A stretch of 36,348 nucleotides of DNA from Octopus bimaculoides (GCF_001194135.2 NC_068986.1:38713400-38749747), one strand, 5' to 3'; positions 22,873-34,093 are shown, counted from the stretch's first letter. A program made the numbers and translations. Notes: generated by a model from the sequence alone, not told the origin.

Positions 22873-23313
22873 CGCTGCCTTATCCTGTTTGAATATATTA
22901 AGAACTATAATCAAAGTAAAGAATAACAGAATAGCTCTAACAGATTTTGTTGAGACTGAGAGATTTATATTTATCAATGATTCATTTATAATTAACATTA
23001 TTGATATGAAATGTTATAAATAAGATTGTAAATTCACCTTTAGGAACGAAATTTTTAAAAATAGTTATATTTATGATTTCCTTTCAATCAGTTTAATCAC
23101 CAGAATAAAAATTCCCCACAAATGGTTTCAATACAGTTTTAGCAGAAAAAATTGGAAGAAATAGATGAAAGTTCTCCGGTAATTTTATTTCATGTAAATA
23201 AATGTTTATGTTAATTTAAAAGTTTGCCAGCAAAATCTTATAAAATGACAATGTTCTAAAAGATGTACATGTTATAATGTATATATGAAAATAACAAAGT
23301 ATAACATTTTATA

Positions 23314-24084
23314 GGTAATCTTCCAGTTTCGAGAGGTAAAAGAAATAAATAAAAATATTCAAGGGAAATAACTGAACGACTTACCAGTATTATCCGTACT
23401 ACTTTTTCTCTAAAACAGCATGCGACGGAATTTTTTTTTTATAAAAGTTTAAAATGTTTTTTTTTCTTTTTACAAACAGCATGCGACTTTTTTCTCCAAT
23501 CTACCACGCTAGTGTGACTAAGAGAGCACTCATCTACAATATGTTTTTGCATTATTTCCTTGCACCAGCAGTAAATAAGCAACACCAGATTGAAGAGTGG
23601 AATATGGCTCCTTTCAAAACATGAACTGTAGCGGACAGATTTCTTTTTTTTACACTGTTTACAGTACCATTCTTTTCCATCTATTCTGTCACCACGTGTA
23701 ATAAGTCCGCATGTACTAGACAGTCGTCGCAGGTAAACTTATTTCTAATAAGTCGACGACGCGCACACCATTCCAGCATTCTGTATCTTGAGCTACTGCT
23801 TAAATCACCGATTTTTCATTTTTCCTCTATTAATTCACGAGTGAGGATTTCGTTTTCAGCAACAATAAGATGTTGTGCAGCCGGTCTTCCACGAGGCATT
23901 TTCGATTTCTCATAAGAAACTATGATATTCAATCACGTGTGTGATTTATATATAAACAGTTAACGTCAATCAAATCACGTGATTTATTTATAAACAAAGT
24001 AGTACGGATAATACTGGTAAGACGTTCAGTTATTTCCCTTGTATTTTATTTACTTTTTTAACCTCTCGAAACTGGAAGATTACC
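23314..24084 (-). mobile_element. Internally deleted Merlin DNA transposon
   Basis: ~88-bp TIRs starting GGTAATCTTCCAGTTTCGAGAGG. Perfect 9-bp TSD CATTTTATA (23305-23313, 24085-24093). Contains a Merlin-type transposase N-terminus. Confidence 0.85.
23465..23899 (-). pseudogene. Merlin (IS1595/IS1016-related) transposase N-terminal fragment
   Basis: MPRGRPAAQ...LEWCARRRLIRNKFTCDDC...DRIDGKEWYCKQCKK/KSVRYSSCFERSHIPLFNLVLLIYCW...DECSLSHTSVVDW: a zinc ribbon plus an HTH-like region. One stop and frameshifts. The DDE domain is absent. Confidence 0.8.
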
Positions 24085-24099
24085 CATTTTATATTCACA

Positions 24100-24500
24100 T
24101 GCATCATCATCATCATCTGCTTTCCATATTGGCATGGGTTGGACGGTTTGACTGAGAACTGGCAAGCTAGAGGGCTGCACCAAGCTCCAATCTGATCTGG
24201 CAAGGTTTCTACAGCTGGATGCCCTTCCTAGCGCCAACCACTTTGAGAGTTTAGTGGGTGCTTTTTACGTGCCACCGGCACGGGAGCCAGTCAGGCTGCA
24301 CTGACAACGACAATGCTGGAATGATGCTTTTTATGTGTCACCAGCACGGGTGCCGGTCAGGCGGTATACTGGCATCGACGACGACAATGATTTCACTTGA
24401 CTCAACAGGTCTTCTCAAACACAATTTATTGCCTAATGATTGAAGGGTACGCTTAAATGGGCTGGTAATGTTGTTACACTGGCATAGACTACGGTTACGG
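24100..24500 (-). mobile_element. RTE 3'UTR copy
   Basis: (CAT)n, GCTTTCCAT..GGCATGGGTTGGACGG...CTCAACAGGTCTTC, homologous to 611-1150. Confidence 0.85.
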
Positions 24501-24533
24501 ACTTGTGGCCTGTCTAAATAATATTGAAACTAA

Positions 24534-25642
24534 TCTATATATATAAAAATGAGAATATGTGTCTGTCTGTCTGTCTGTGTGAATCCCTAAAACTCGAGAA
24601 CTACGCAACCAATTTCATTCAAATTTTACAGATGCCTTACTTAGGGTTCCAGTTGTGTTTTAGTCAAAAAATTTTTTAACTTCTTGCAGAGTTCGAGCTC
24701 ACGGCAACATAATATCTCCTCCACTATTTAAGTATTACGTGTCAAAAGTGAAACAAAAACACTCATGTCAAATACTTTCACTTTAAAAATGAAACCATTC
24801 TACTAACTGAAACAATCACATTTCGATACTGTAATGACAGATATGTACATGTAATATGTACACATATATATACATGCATNNNNNNNNNNNNNNNNNNNNN
24901 NNNNNNNNNNNNNNNNNNNNNNNNNNNNNNNNNNNNNNNNNNNNNNNNNNNNNNNNNNNNNNNNNNNNNNNNNNNNNNNNNNNNNNNNNNNNNNNNNNNN
25001 NNNNNNNNNNNNNNNNNNNNNNNNNNNNNNNNNNNNNNNNNNNNNNNNNNNNNNNNNNNNNNNNNNNNNNNNNNNNNNNNNNNNNNNNNNNNNNNNNNNN
25101 NNNNNNNNNNNNNNNNNNNNNNNNNNNNNNNNNNNNNNNNNNNNNNNNNNNNNNNNNNNNNNNNNNNNNNNNNNNNNNNNNNNNNNNNNNNNNNNNNNNN
25201 NNNNNNNNNNNNNNNNNNNNNNNNNNNNNNNNNTTGTAATTCAACGGTACAACAGTGTAAGACTACCCTTTCAGATATACTTACATTGTGATTTCTGCAA
25301 TGTGGTGCATAAATTGTCAAGTAAATGAGACGCATCTTTGCCTCCACTGATTCACTTGCAAAGTGTTGAGTAAAATTATTTCGTTGCAGACCTCCTTTGA
25401 GTCTTTTTATTATCACTGCGACACACATAGTCCCCAGTTGGTAACATTGATTTCAAGGCCCTCCTAGATGAGAGACTGGCATTCCACTTAATGTCTATGT
25501 TCCATGCTGGCATGGATTGGAGAGTTATTAATGTAGAATTATGGTATCGTAGCTACTAACAGTTGAGGGTTGCGTAGTCTAGACGGCGTTTTTAGATTTC
25601 ATTATTCTCTTTAACCCGGGCAAAGCCTGGTATTTCTGCTAG
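24534..25642 (+). mobile_element. Non-autonomous Helitron
   Basis: A|TC 5' end (TCTATATATATAAAAATGAG) and a (GTCT)n tract. 3' hairpin CCGGGC-AAA-GCCTGG (25616-25630) followed by CTAG|T. Includes a gap. Confidence 0.8.
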
Positions 25643-26379
25643 TATTAAATAATTATGAAAAAGACAAAGATATCGAATATAATATCCTCATTTGATGTGT
25701 TATTCCTGGATAAGTTACCTTGTACCATACTGCAATCGTTACTATTAACCTGTATCTCTAAACCAAGTATAATAACCATTTTCATTCCCGTTAAACCACT
25801 GATGTGAAAGAGCATTATTTCCCTTCGTTGGTAAATAAACGTTCCTTGCTTGATTCCAGTTGACAACGATCGAAGGCTAGACTATATGAAACAAGTGTAG
25901 ATGTAAATATTTGAAAATATTTCATCTTCAAAGATGGCGTTAAAAGAAAAATATATAATCGTAAAATTATAAGTATATATCAAATCTATTATTCTTCTAA
26001 TATTCATCGAGCTATTCAGGAATTTAGTAATCTTTAATTTGACAATCTTACTTCAAAATTTGCTATATCCAGTGTAACTTTGTTGTCTTTAAAATAATTT
26101 ATGTAAGGATTTCAGTCTGGTTTAAGCCTACTTTGTCTGAGAAATTTTAAGTCTATTGATTCAAGTTTTACCATTGCATATGTAACGTAGAAGAAATTAT
26201 TCAAAAAGGAGTTACTGAGTTCAATTTGGACAAGTAGCTCGAGCTTTTCTAAACCGCGACATTGATTATTTCTATGAATAAATTGAGTTATTTCCCTTAG
26301 ATCAGAATTTTTTTTGTTTTTCGTTTTTTTCCCTTGAGCAAAGTTTTCTATATTAAAATTGTAAATATATGCAACTAGA

Positions 26380-27030
26380 ATGATTTGCGGTGCATTGAGG
26401 GCATTTTGTGGTGCATTTCCTTACATTAAAAGCAAATCATAAGATTTGCGGTACAATTTGTGCATTTTATGAGACATTTCCTTATGGTAAAGAAGAATCC
26501 TAGTTTTTATGGTGCATTTTATGGTGCATCTTCGGACCCTGACGATGAATCTTAGTTTTGTAGTGCATTTCATGCATTTTGTTGTTCATTCCCTTATTCT
26601 AAAGACTAATCCTAGTTTTTGTGGTGCATTTTCTGATGCTTTTCCTTACCCTAAAGGCAAGTCCTATTTTTGTAGTGCATTTGGTGCATTTTGTGGTGCA
26701 CTCATGCTTTTTTAGTGCATTACTTACATTTTGTAGTGCATTGCGCATATCCTAAACTTAAAGACAAATCTTAGATTTTGTAGAGCTTTTTGTAGTGCAT
26801 TATGTGCATTCTCTTTGCCTAAAGACAAATACTAGTTTTTGTGATACATTTTGTGCAGTTTGTGGTGCATTTCCTTACTTTGAAGATGAATCCTAGTTTT
26901 TGGGGTGCATTTTTTGTATTTTGTGGAGCATTTCCTTACCCTAAAGATGAATTCTAGTTTTGTGGTGCATTTCTGTGCATTCTGTGGTGCATTTTCATGC
27001 AAGTCTGTGCATTTTGTGATGCATTTTGTT
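26380..27030. repeat. Degenerate minisatellite, ~9 units of ~50-60 bp
   Basis: Recurrent CCTAAAGA(T/C)RAATCCTAGTTTT core separated by (GTGGTGCATTT)n sub-repeats. Confidence 0.85.
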
Positions 27031-27131
27031 TTTGTTGTTCTAGACTGACGTCTTTTGTTTGTTTTTTCGAGGCTGGCAGTGCAATATATGGAATCACAAA
27101 TGAAAGGCCTAACCTTTTGTACGAAGTTTAA

Positions 27132-27300
27132 CCCTGTAGCATATTAAACAATTCCAATATTCTACCTGTTTTATGCTCAAGCCAGTCAGATCTAGCCTTT
27201 CACATCTATCCTACAATGTCATTCTAGAAATAAACAATCACATCATTGAAACCTCAAAGCTGCAAGATAATGCATGATTAAATTCAAAACATTTCTTCAA
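27132..27300. mobile_element. Partial copy of the TTAA MITE at 1842-2059
   Basis: TTAA|CCCTGTAGCAT..AATATTCTACCTGTTTTATG..CCTACAATGTCATTCT..AAGCTGCAAGAT. Confidence 0.6.
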
Positions 27301-27419
27301 TCTTATTGATCATGGAGATATTATACTATAAGCATGAGGTGTCTGAGTTAAGTGTGAATGAATGCCATGCTTGTGCAGAGAAGGTTAAAGGGAAGTATAG
27401 AGTGATCTACAGCAAAAGG

Positions 27420-27590
27420 TGCAGCTATGGCTGTGTGGTTAAGATGTTTGCTTCACAAACCGGTATAGTTTCAGGTTCAAATCCACTGCATGGCACCTTG
27501 GGCAAATGACTTTCACTGCAGCCCCAGGCTGACCAATGCTTTCTGAATTAATTTGGTAGACAGAAATTGTGTGGAAGCACATTATGTATG
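27420..27590 (+). mobile_element. SINE head (family B)
   Basis: GGCTGTGTGGTTAAGATG..GGTTCAAATCCACTGCATGGCACCTTGGGCAA..GCTGACCAATGC. Confidence 0.75.
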
Positions 27591-27884
27591 TGTGTGCTGG
27601 TGGTGGTGGTGGTGGTATCACAAAAATTATAAAATTATTGCACACACACATACATGCACAAACACATATCTTTGCAAAATAAACCAGTGTTCTGGTCATG
27701 GTGACAACTGTATGCTTATGTCCTATTTAATTTCTTTATAATTACTCCTCATTAGTTGTAATATTAGTAGTAGTAGTAGTTATCTCATATTTTGTTGTGT
27801 TTATCTTTTATAGATAATAGTTAATTGTAAAAGCATTAGACAGCTACTGACCTATCTCATTCATTTTTATTAAGCCTTAAGTGG

Positions 27885-28565
27885 TCACTGAACTGGCTAA
27901 AAGTAGCAGCCAAATATCCCTCAAATTTCGCACTACCGTCTTAAAAAAGTAAAGGACACTTTGGATAATTTAGTCCAGAAATAAATGACAAGATGGTCAT
28001 GGTTAAAATGTCTTTGAACATAGATATTCTCAACCAGGGCTGGCTAAGAGCTAAACAACAACATAACAAGTTGTAAACAAGTTTCTCTCTCTCTCTCTCT
28101 TTTACCCTTCACTTTCTCACACACACATGCACACCAGAAATCCAGATTATATTACAACAGACTGGGCAATTATCAGAATCTAAATGACACTCCTATTTCA
28201 GTGTTTTTTGGGTTTTTTTTGGTTTGTTTGCTTTATTTGTACCTATCTGTTTTAGTGTGTGCTCGTAGATTACCAATTAAACCAAGGCCCATACATGAAA
28301 TGTGGTGCAGTTGTAGAATCATGTTATACAATAACTGCTTGAACTGCATGCCAATAGGCAACATTTGTACAGCCATTTGACCTGCAACAAATAGCTTCTA
28401 AGTTTTCCTCAAATCATAATAGTGTCTTGCAAAAGCTTGGATGTATTGGATCATGTTATCTAAGATGTGCAACGCTCAAGTGAAAGATAGGATGGTCATA
28501 ACTGAAATGCTTTTGACATAATTGTTCTCAGTCAAGTGTGTGGGGGAGGGGTTGCTAAACAACAT
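27885..28565 (+). mobile_element. Two diverged family-C SINE-like copies (27885-28072, 28365-28565)
   Basis: Share GATGGTCAT..AAATG.CTTTGA.CATA..GCTAAACAAC with 6800-6982. Confidence 0.5.
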
Positions 28566-28859
28566 CTGTCACAACAACTATTTATGGTACAAATTTCATG
28601 CAGTCAACACAAAGAGTCAGTTTCCTTTTTAATAAAAATGAGTTCTCTTCACCACCTTAAAAACGTGGCATTGAATTTTGCAATGTAGGCTACCAAATCT
28701 TTTATGTTATAATAATTCTGCTTGTCATTCTGTTACTTAGCCTGTGATTAGAGAAAAAGAAGGAGAGAGAAGTGTCCAAGACATGAGGTATGTAATTGTA
28801 ATGCTTTCCTGGGATTAGTAGAAGGGAAAGAGACGAGAAAGAAAAAGGAGAGAGAAAAA

Positions 28860-28982
28860 GAGGATAAAGCAAGGCAGAGAGAGGGAGGAGGAGGAGGTGG
28901 TGGTGGTGGTGGTGGTGGTGATGCTGCTGCCACCGCCGCTGCTGCTGCCGCCACTGCCGCCACCACCGCTGCTGCTGCTGGT
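28860..28982. repeat. (GA)/(GGA)/(GGT)/(GCT) simple repeats
   Basis: Directly visible. Explains the poly-A/P ORF 28748-28966. Confidence 0.9.
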
Positions 28983-29435
28983 GATTGAATAGTGAAAAGT
29001 GAATTTTTAAAATTAAACTAAGCTTGTTATATCACCTATCACTTAATGCATGCACATAAGTGCAATTTCAGGAAATATTCATGCTTATTCATGTGGCAGA
29101 TATATGCAATTCAACTAAAGGTTGTACCATATGTACAGGATTTTTTTTTTTTTGTTGCTTATGGAAAAATGGAAAAATAATAGTGAATATTTATTTCATG
29201 AGTGCTTTGTATTAAGTCTATAAAATTGTGCATAAAGTATATAAAGTGTATATATAAAGTGCATTAAGTAACCATCATATTCCAATTTCTTTCACTTTTC
29301 AATGAGTGCAGAAGAGCGACTATCTTTCCATACAGGCACAACACAGGCTACGCTTTCAGGTTTTTTGGATAAAGTTTACAGAAATAACCCAATAGGTTTA
29401 CCATTAATTTTGTGAAATATTCACAGGTCCCGTCA

Positions 29436-29585
29436 TTATCATCATTTAATGTCCATTTTTCCTACTGGCATGGTTTGAACAGTTTGACAGAATCCAGCAA
29501 ACCAAAGAGCTTCTATCATGCTCCAATGTCAGGTTTGGCATGTTTTCTGCACCAACTACAATACAGTCTGTACTGGGTGCAACAC
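29436..29585 (-). mobile_element. Diverged RTE 3' tail
   Basis: CATTATCATCATTTAATGTCC..TGGCATGGTTTG..CTCCAATGTC..GGCATG. Confidence 0.6.
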
Positions 29586-30082
29586 TAGTGAAACCGTCAA
29601 GTAATTTGCAAGACAGAAAAAGAATGGAGAAGGGAGAAGCCCTCATGACTAAGTATAGTGGGGAATGTTAGAGTAAGGGAGGGGCCTTTATGCCAGGTGT
29701 TGAGTGGCTAAAGTATGTTACAGGGATAAGCACTGGTGTTTTGCTGTAGAAGGGAGATACATGATTACCCCACATTATATAAGGGTGAGTAGAAGTAACT
29801 GGAAAGAAGGTAAAGATGTTTGAGATGAGGTGCCAAAACACACTCTCAAGATACAAGAAGGTGAGCATAAGAGAAGATAGTGGATCAGAGGGGAATGGGA
29901 GGTGGAGTAATTCCATAAGAGCGTGAGGGGAGAGTTACAGGTGGTTAAAGATGGAGATAGGGATGACTGTAGTGATTATTGAGCAAGGCTAACAAAATAC
30001 CTGTTAATTAATTCTATACTATTACCATGATGCATATAATTACTACTATATATCATTATGTTTATAGTTTCAGTAACAAGCT

Positions 30083-30417
30083 AGGGTAAAAAGGTAAAGA
30101 CCCCGTTCAGTCATGAATGACCATTGTATTGCACCAGAAAGTTTCCCTCCAAAGCAAGGTCGTTTATGAAAGACCAGCAGTTGCCTGTGCATACCAAACT
30201 CCCCTCTCTATGTCACCGATGATATCCAGGGGAAAGGCAGAGGCTGATACAGCTTGGCACCAGTGATGTTGCAACTTATTTCTACAGCTGAGTGAACTGG
30301 AGCAACATGAAGTGAAGTGTCTTGCTTAAGAACACAACCCACAGCCCAGTCTGGAAATCGAACTCACCACCTCATTATTATGAACCCAACACTCTAACCA
30401 CTGAGCCATGTGCCTAT
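30083..30417 (-). mobile_element. tRNA-type SINE with (TTTACC)-like tail
   Basis: Minus-strand head GGCACATGGCTCAGTGGTTAGAG and GAGTTCGATTTCC (A/B-box-like), TGTGTTCTTAAGCAAGACACTTC, tail GGTCTTTACCTTTTTACC. Confidence 0.75.
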
Positions 30418-31184
30418 AACTATATATATATATCACCATGGTATCTGATTACAGTTTGATAGTCTGAGCTGATGAAGACTTATGTGTTTTGCTCATGGAT
30501 ACTACACAGCACCTGTGACAGTATTGCTTAGTCTTGGACCCACAACTCCTGATTGAGCTGTAGGGGCATATGTTGGCTATGACCAGAAGACCTTTAATCA
30601 GAGGTTTGCTTAGTCAAAGATAAATAACAACATCTTCAGCCACCACTATGCAAATAATAACCACTATTCATTCCTCCTTACTCCTTAATCGCATACAGGT
30701 ATCATTCACGTAAAAAATAGACACCACATATCTGATATGCATTACTTCTATCAACAAAAATCAAGAACACAATCTCTAATGGTGACACAACAACACAGCC
30801 TACTTAAACAATATGAAGATTAGAAAAAACAGTCTTGCCTAACACACAATCAACAAATACGCACATAAACCTCCAAAACTTGCTAAAAAGGATTTGCTTC
30901 ACACTGCTCGATGGTCTCTCAAGGCAACCTCACACACATGACATTTCCAAAACATTTCAAAGACAAGGATTTATACAAAGAACAAGAGGTGACCTAGATT
31001 AGTGATTAATTATCTGGTGTGGTGCTGCTGATACTAAAAACAACTATTAAAGACTGCAACACCTCTCTCCCCTCCAAAAAGAGACAAAGATTTAAAAGAA
31101 AAAACAGCAAAGATTAGGAAAGATTAGAAAATATCTGTCACCAAGACACTACAATCCCTGGCTTAGTGAATCAATTGGAGAGCC

Positions 31185-31570
31185 TCTATGTGGCCATTTT
31201 GACCCTAGAAATATCATCCAAATCTTTAAATCACACTCCAGTTATCTTAGAAAATCACACATAGAATAATGTGACCCTGAGTTTCCTGCTAATAGGAAAA
31301 AAATGCAGGATGGTCACAGTTAGATTATCTTTGATCATAGATCAATGAGGACTGGCCTATGTTTAAACAATGACAACAACAACAACAGGAACAACCACTT
31401 ACTGAGATGTGTATTACATTTTCTCTCAGGCTTTTCGAGTGCTATTGTTACAATGATGTCCTTCAGAGTTCAAATGCTGCTAAGGTCAACTTTGTACTTC
31501 ATCCTTTCAGCATTGATCAAAGTACCAGTCAAGCACTAAGGTCAATATAATTCCCTTACAAGCCCACGTC
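31185..31570 (+). mobile_element. Family-C repeat (31185-31390) followed by a family-A SINE fragment (~31420-31570)
   Basis: GATGGTCACAG..TTTGATCATAG..(AAC)n, then CAGAGTTCAAATGCTGCTAAGGTCAACTTTG..CATCCTTTC. Confidence 0.55.
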
Positions 31571-31738
31571 CACCTCTCCTCTACTTGTCATCCTTATTGC
31601 GTCTTACCTATCTCCAGGGCCCCACCTCATTAAAGTTTTTTTTTTTCCCTAAACATTTTTTTTTTCCACCAATTCTTCTTACACAAATATTCTGTAACTT
31701 AATGCAACTTACTGCTCTCATTTTCCCCAAGATTACAG

Positions 31739-31895
31739 GTAAGTTTACTGCTATCAATTCACTGTGAAGAAAGTTCACTATGAAGAAAATTCACCGCAAG
31801 GGAAGTTTACCCAGAAAATGTATCCATAGTATCTCACCTTTAATAGTTAAAAGCTATTTTATTGCAAAAAAATTGTGAATTGATGGTGAACTTAC
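31739..31895. mobile_element. 157-bp MITE with GTAAGTT termini and apparent 3-bp CAG TSD
   Basis: Left GTAAGTTTACTGCTATCAATTCAC; right (reverse complement) GTAAGTTCACCATCAATTCAC. Internal AATTCAC sub-repeats. CAG at 31736-31738 and 31896-31898. Confidence 0.7.
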
Positions 31896-32469
31896 CAGAC
31901 ATGTTTCCCCACAGGCATCAGTTTTTTGCAGTTGAATATGATCATCAACCTCCACAAACTCACAACTGTAAGAGAGACTCAAATAAATAATAGACACAAC
32001 CTATCTTCTTCTGATTAAATAATTAAAAGAAACAATTTCATTGTGAAAGAGTCATTTAGTTAGTTAACAACACAATTAACTCCTCCTTAAATGACTAAAA
32101 TAGCTTTTCCATGATGTAAATCTATGTATGAATTTGTGTGTGCATGTGTGTGTGTGTGTGTGTGTGCATGTGTGTGTGTATTTGCGTTTATGTTAATTCC
32201 AGCGAGATGGGGCATCCAGCTGTAGAAAACATAGAATCAACCAAAAATGATACTCCATCTAGTGAAAGGTATATATAAATATTATTTAATAAACACAGAA
32301 TTTAAATGTTTCATGTTCTGGTTCAGGATGTTCCAATTCAGGTATATGTACTATACAGAATAGTACACAACGCACTATACAAATATATCCAATCAATGTA
32401 CTATTGGAGCATGAAACTTATAGCAGCTCACAATTAAATCTGGTGTTTGTTAAAGGATGTATACTTGTG

Positions 32470-32655
32470 TGTTTGTGTGTGTGTGCGCGCGCATGTGTGT
32501 TTCAATTTCCACTTATCAAATACATTCATAAGGCTCTTGTTGACCAAGGGGTGTAGTAGAAGTAACTTTCCCAAGGTGATATGTAAGGGGACTAAACCTG
32601 AAATCATATGGTTGGCAAGCAAACTTCTTAATCACACAGCCATGACTGTGCCTTT
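32470..32655 (-). mobile_element. SINE head (family B)
   Basis: Minus strand GGCACAGTCATGGCTGTGTGATTAAGAAGTTTGCTT..GGTTTAGTCCC..CACCTTGGGAAAG..TTCTACTA. Confidence 0.72.
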
Positions 32656-33409
32656 ATGAAAACATATATGTGTGTGTCTGTATATGAGTATTTGTGTGTG
32701 TGTGTGTGTGTGTGCCTGTGGGAGGGATGTGTGTGTGTGTGTGTTTTTGCGTTTATGTTAATTCCAGCGAGATGGGGGCACCCCACACTACCATAGTAAT
32801 GTAAAGGTCTACTTTGATAAGATTTTCCAAATAGGTGGATTGATAAAAGAGGTTCGGTAGTATACCCCCTGCATTCACCAGAATTCACACCACCACACCT
32901 TTTTTAAGGTAATACTTAAAAAATAAAATTTATAGTACAAAACTAGCAACAGGTGACAAATTGAGGGCAACGATTTTACAAAACCATGCAGAAATACTGA
33001 ACAAAATATTTCTTGATATTTGTTATTCTATTGCTTCACATTATCAACAATGTCTGAACTAGAACACTCATCAGTTTCAAAGCAGGCATTCATAAAAAAA
33101 AGTAAAATTCTGTCTGTAGATCCTATTGAATTTTGAAAATCAAATGTATCTTAAAAGACATTGACTTTATAATCATCCAATATATGTTTACATTTTGCGG
33201 GGACCCTGTATGCACGCACAAACAGAACAGGTTTCTGTACAAAGCCAGTCAAGAAATTTTCATGCACAAGACATAGCATTGGTTACTGTGAGAATTATGC
33301 TAAAGAAAACAGTTACGAAAGTTGCCACATAGTTGAGTGAAACTGGAAAGTATTTAATTGCGAAGCAAATTTTGTAAGCAAATGGGCATGCCTGCATCTC
33401 TGTATATGT

Positions 33410-33430
33410 GTGTATATATGTCTGCATGTG

Positions 33431-33477
<47 letters not shown>

Positions 33478-33605
33478 AGAGAGAGAGAGAGACAGAAAGA
33501 CAGACAGACAGACAGACAGACAGGCAGACAGGCAGAGAGACAGACAGAAAGAGAAAGAGAGAGACAGACTGACAGAAAGAGAGGGAGAGAGAGACAGAGA
33601 CAGAA
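33410..33605. repeat. (TA)n-(GA)n-(GACA)n compound microsatellite
   Basis: Directly visible. Confidence 0.92.
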
Positions 33606-34093
33606 ATGAAAAGCGTTTAGGAGTCCATACAAAGTAAACATTATAGTNNNNNNNNNNNNNNNNNNNNNNNNNNNNNNNNNNNNNNNNNNNNNNNNNNNNN
33701 NNNNNNNNNNNNNNNNNNNNNNNNNNNNNNNNNNNNNNNNNNNNNNNNNNNNNNNNNNNNNNNNNNNNNNNNNNNNNNNNNNNNNNNNNNNNNNNNNNNN
33801 NNNNNNNNNNNNNNNNNNNNNNNNNNNNNNNNNNNNNNNNNNNNNNNNNNNNNNNNNNNNNNNNNNNNNNNNNNNNNNNNNNNNNNNNNNNNNNNNNNNN
33901 NNNNNNNNNNNNNNNNNNNNNNNNNNNNNNNNNNNNNNNNNNNNNNNNNNNNNNNNNNNNNNNNNNNNNNNNNNNNNNNNNNNNNNNNNNNNNNNNNNNN
34001 NNNNNNNNNNNNNNNNNNNNNNNNNNNNNNNNNNNNNNNNNNNNNNNNNNNNNNNNNNNNNNNNNNNNNNNNNNNNNNNNNNNNNNNNNNNNN

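Noticed and set aside
25933-25972. AAGATGGCG (YY1-like/start codon) followed by MALKEKYIIVKL*
   Set aside because: A very short ORF with no good donor before the stop. Insufficient to call a gene start.
26380-27030. CRISPR-like repeat/spacer array
   Set aside because: Eukaryotic context, degenerate repeats, spacers homologous to each other, and no cas genes.
28741-28787. 47-bp candidate exon (TTAG|...GAG|GTATGT; PVIREKEGERSVQDM); similarly a 42-bp candidate near 9851-9892
   Set aside because: Splice signals are plausible, but the peptides are unrecognised and no coherent gene model links them. RNA-seq would be needed.
30466-30482. Isolated CTGATGAAG word
   Set aside because: No matching stem II or GAAA nearby. 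Expected by chance.
33185-33210. CAGGGT-type Tc1/mariner terminus (GGGGACCCTG|TA)
   Set aside because: Only one end is visible, with no matching TIR or transposase. Too little to annotate.
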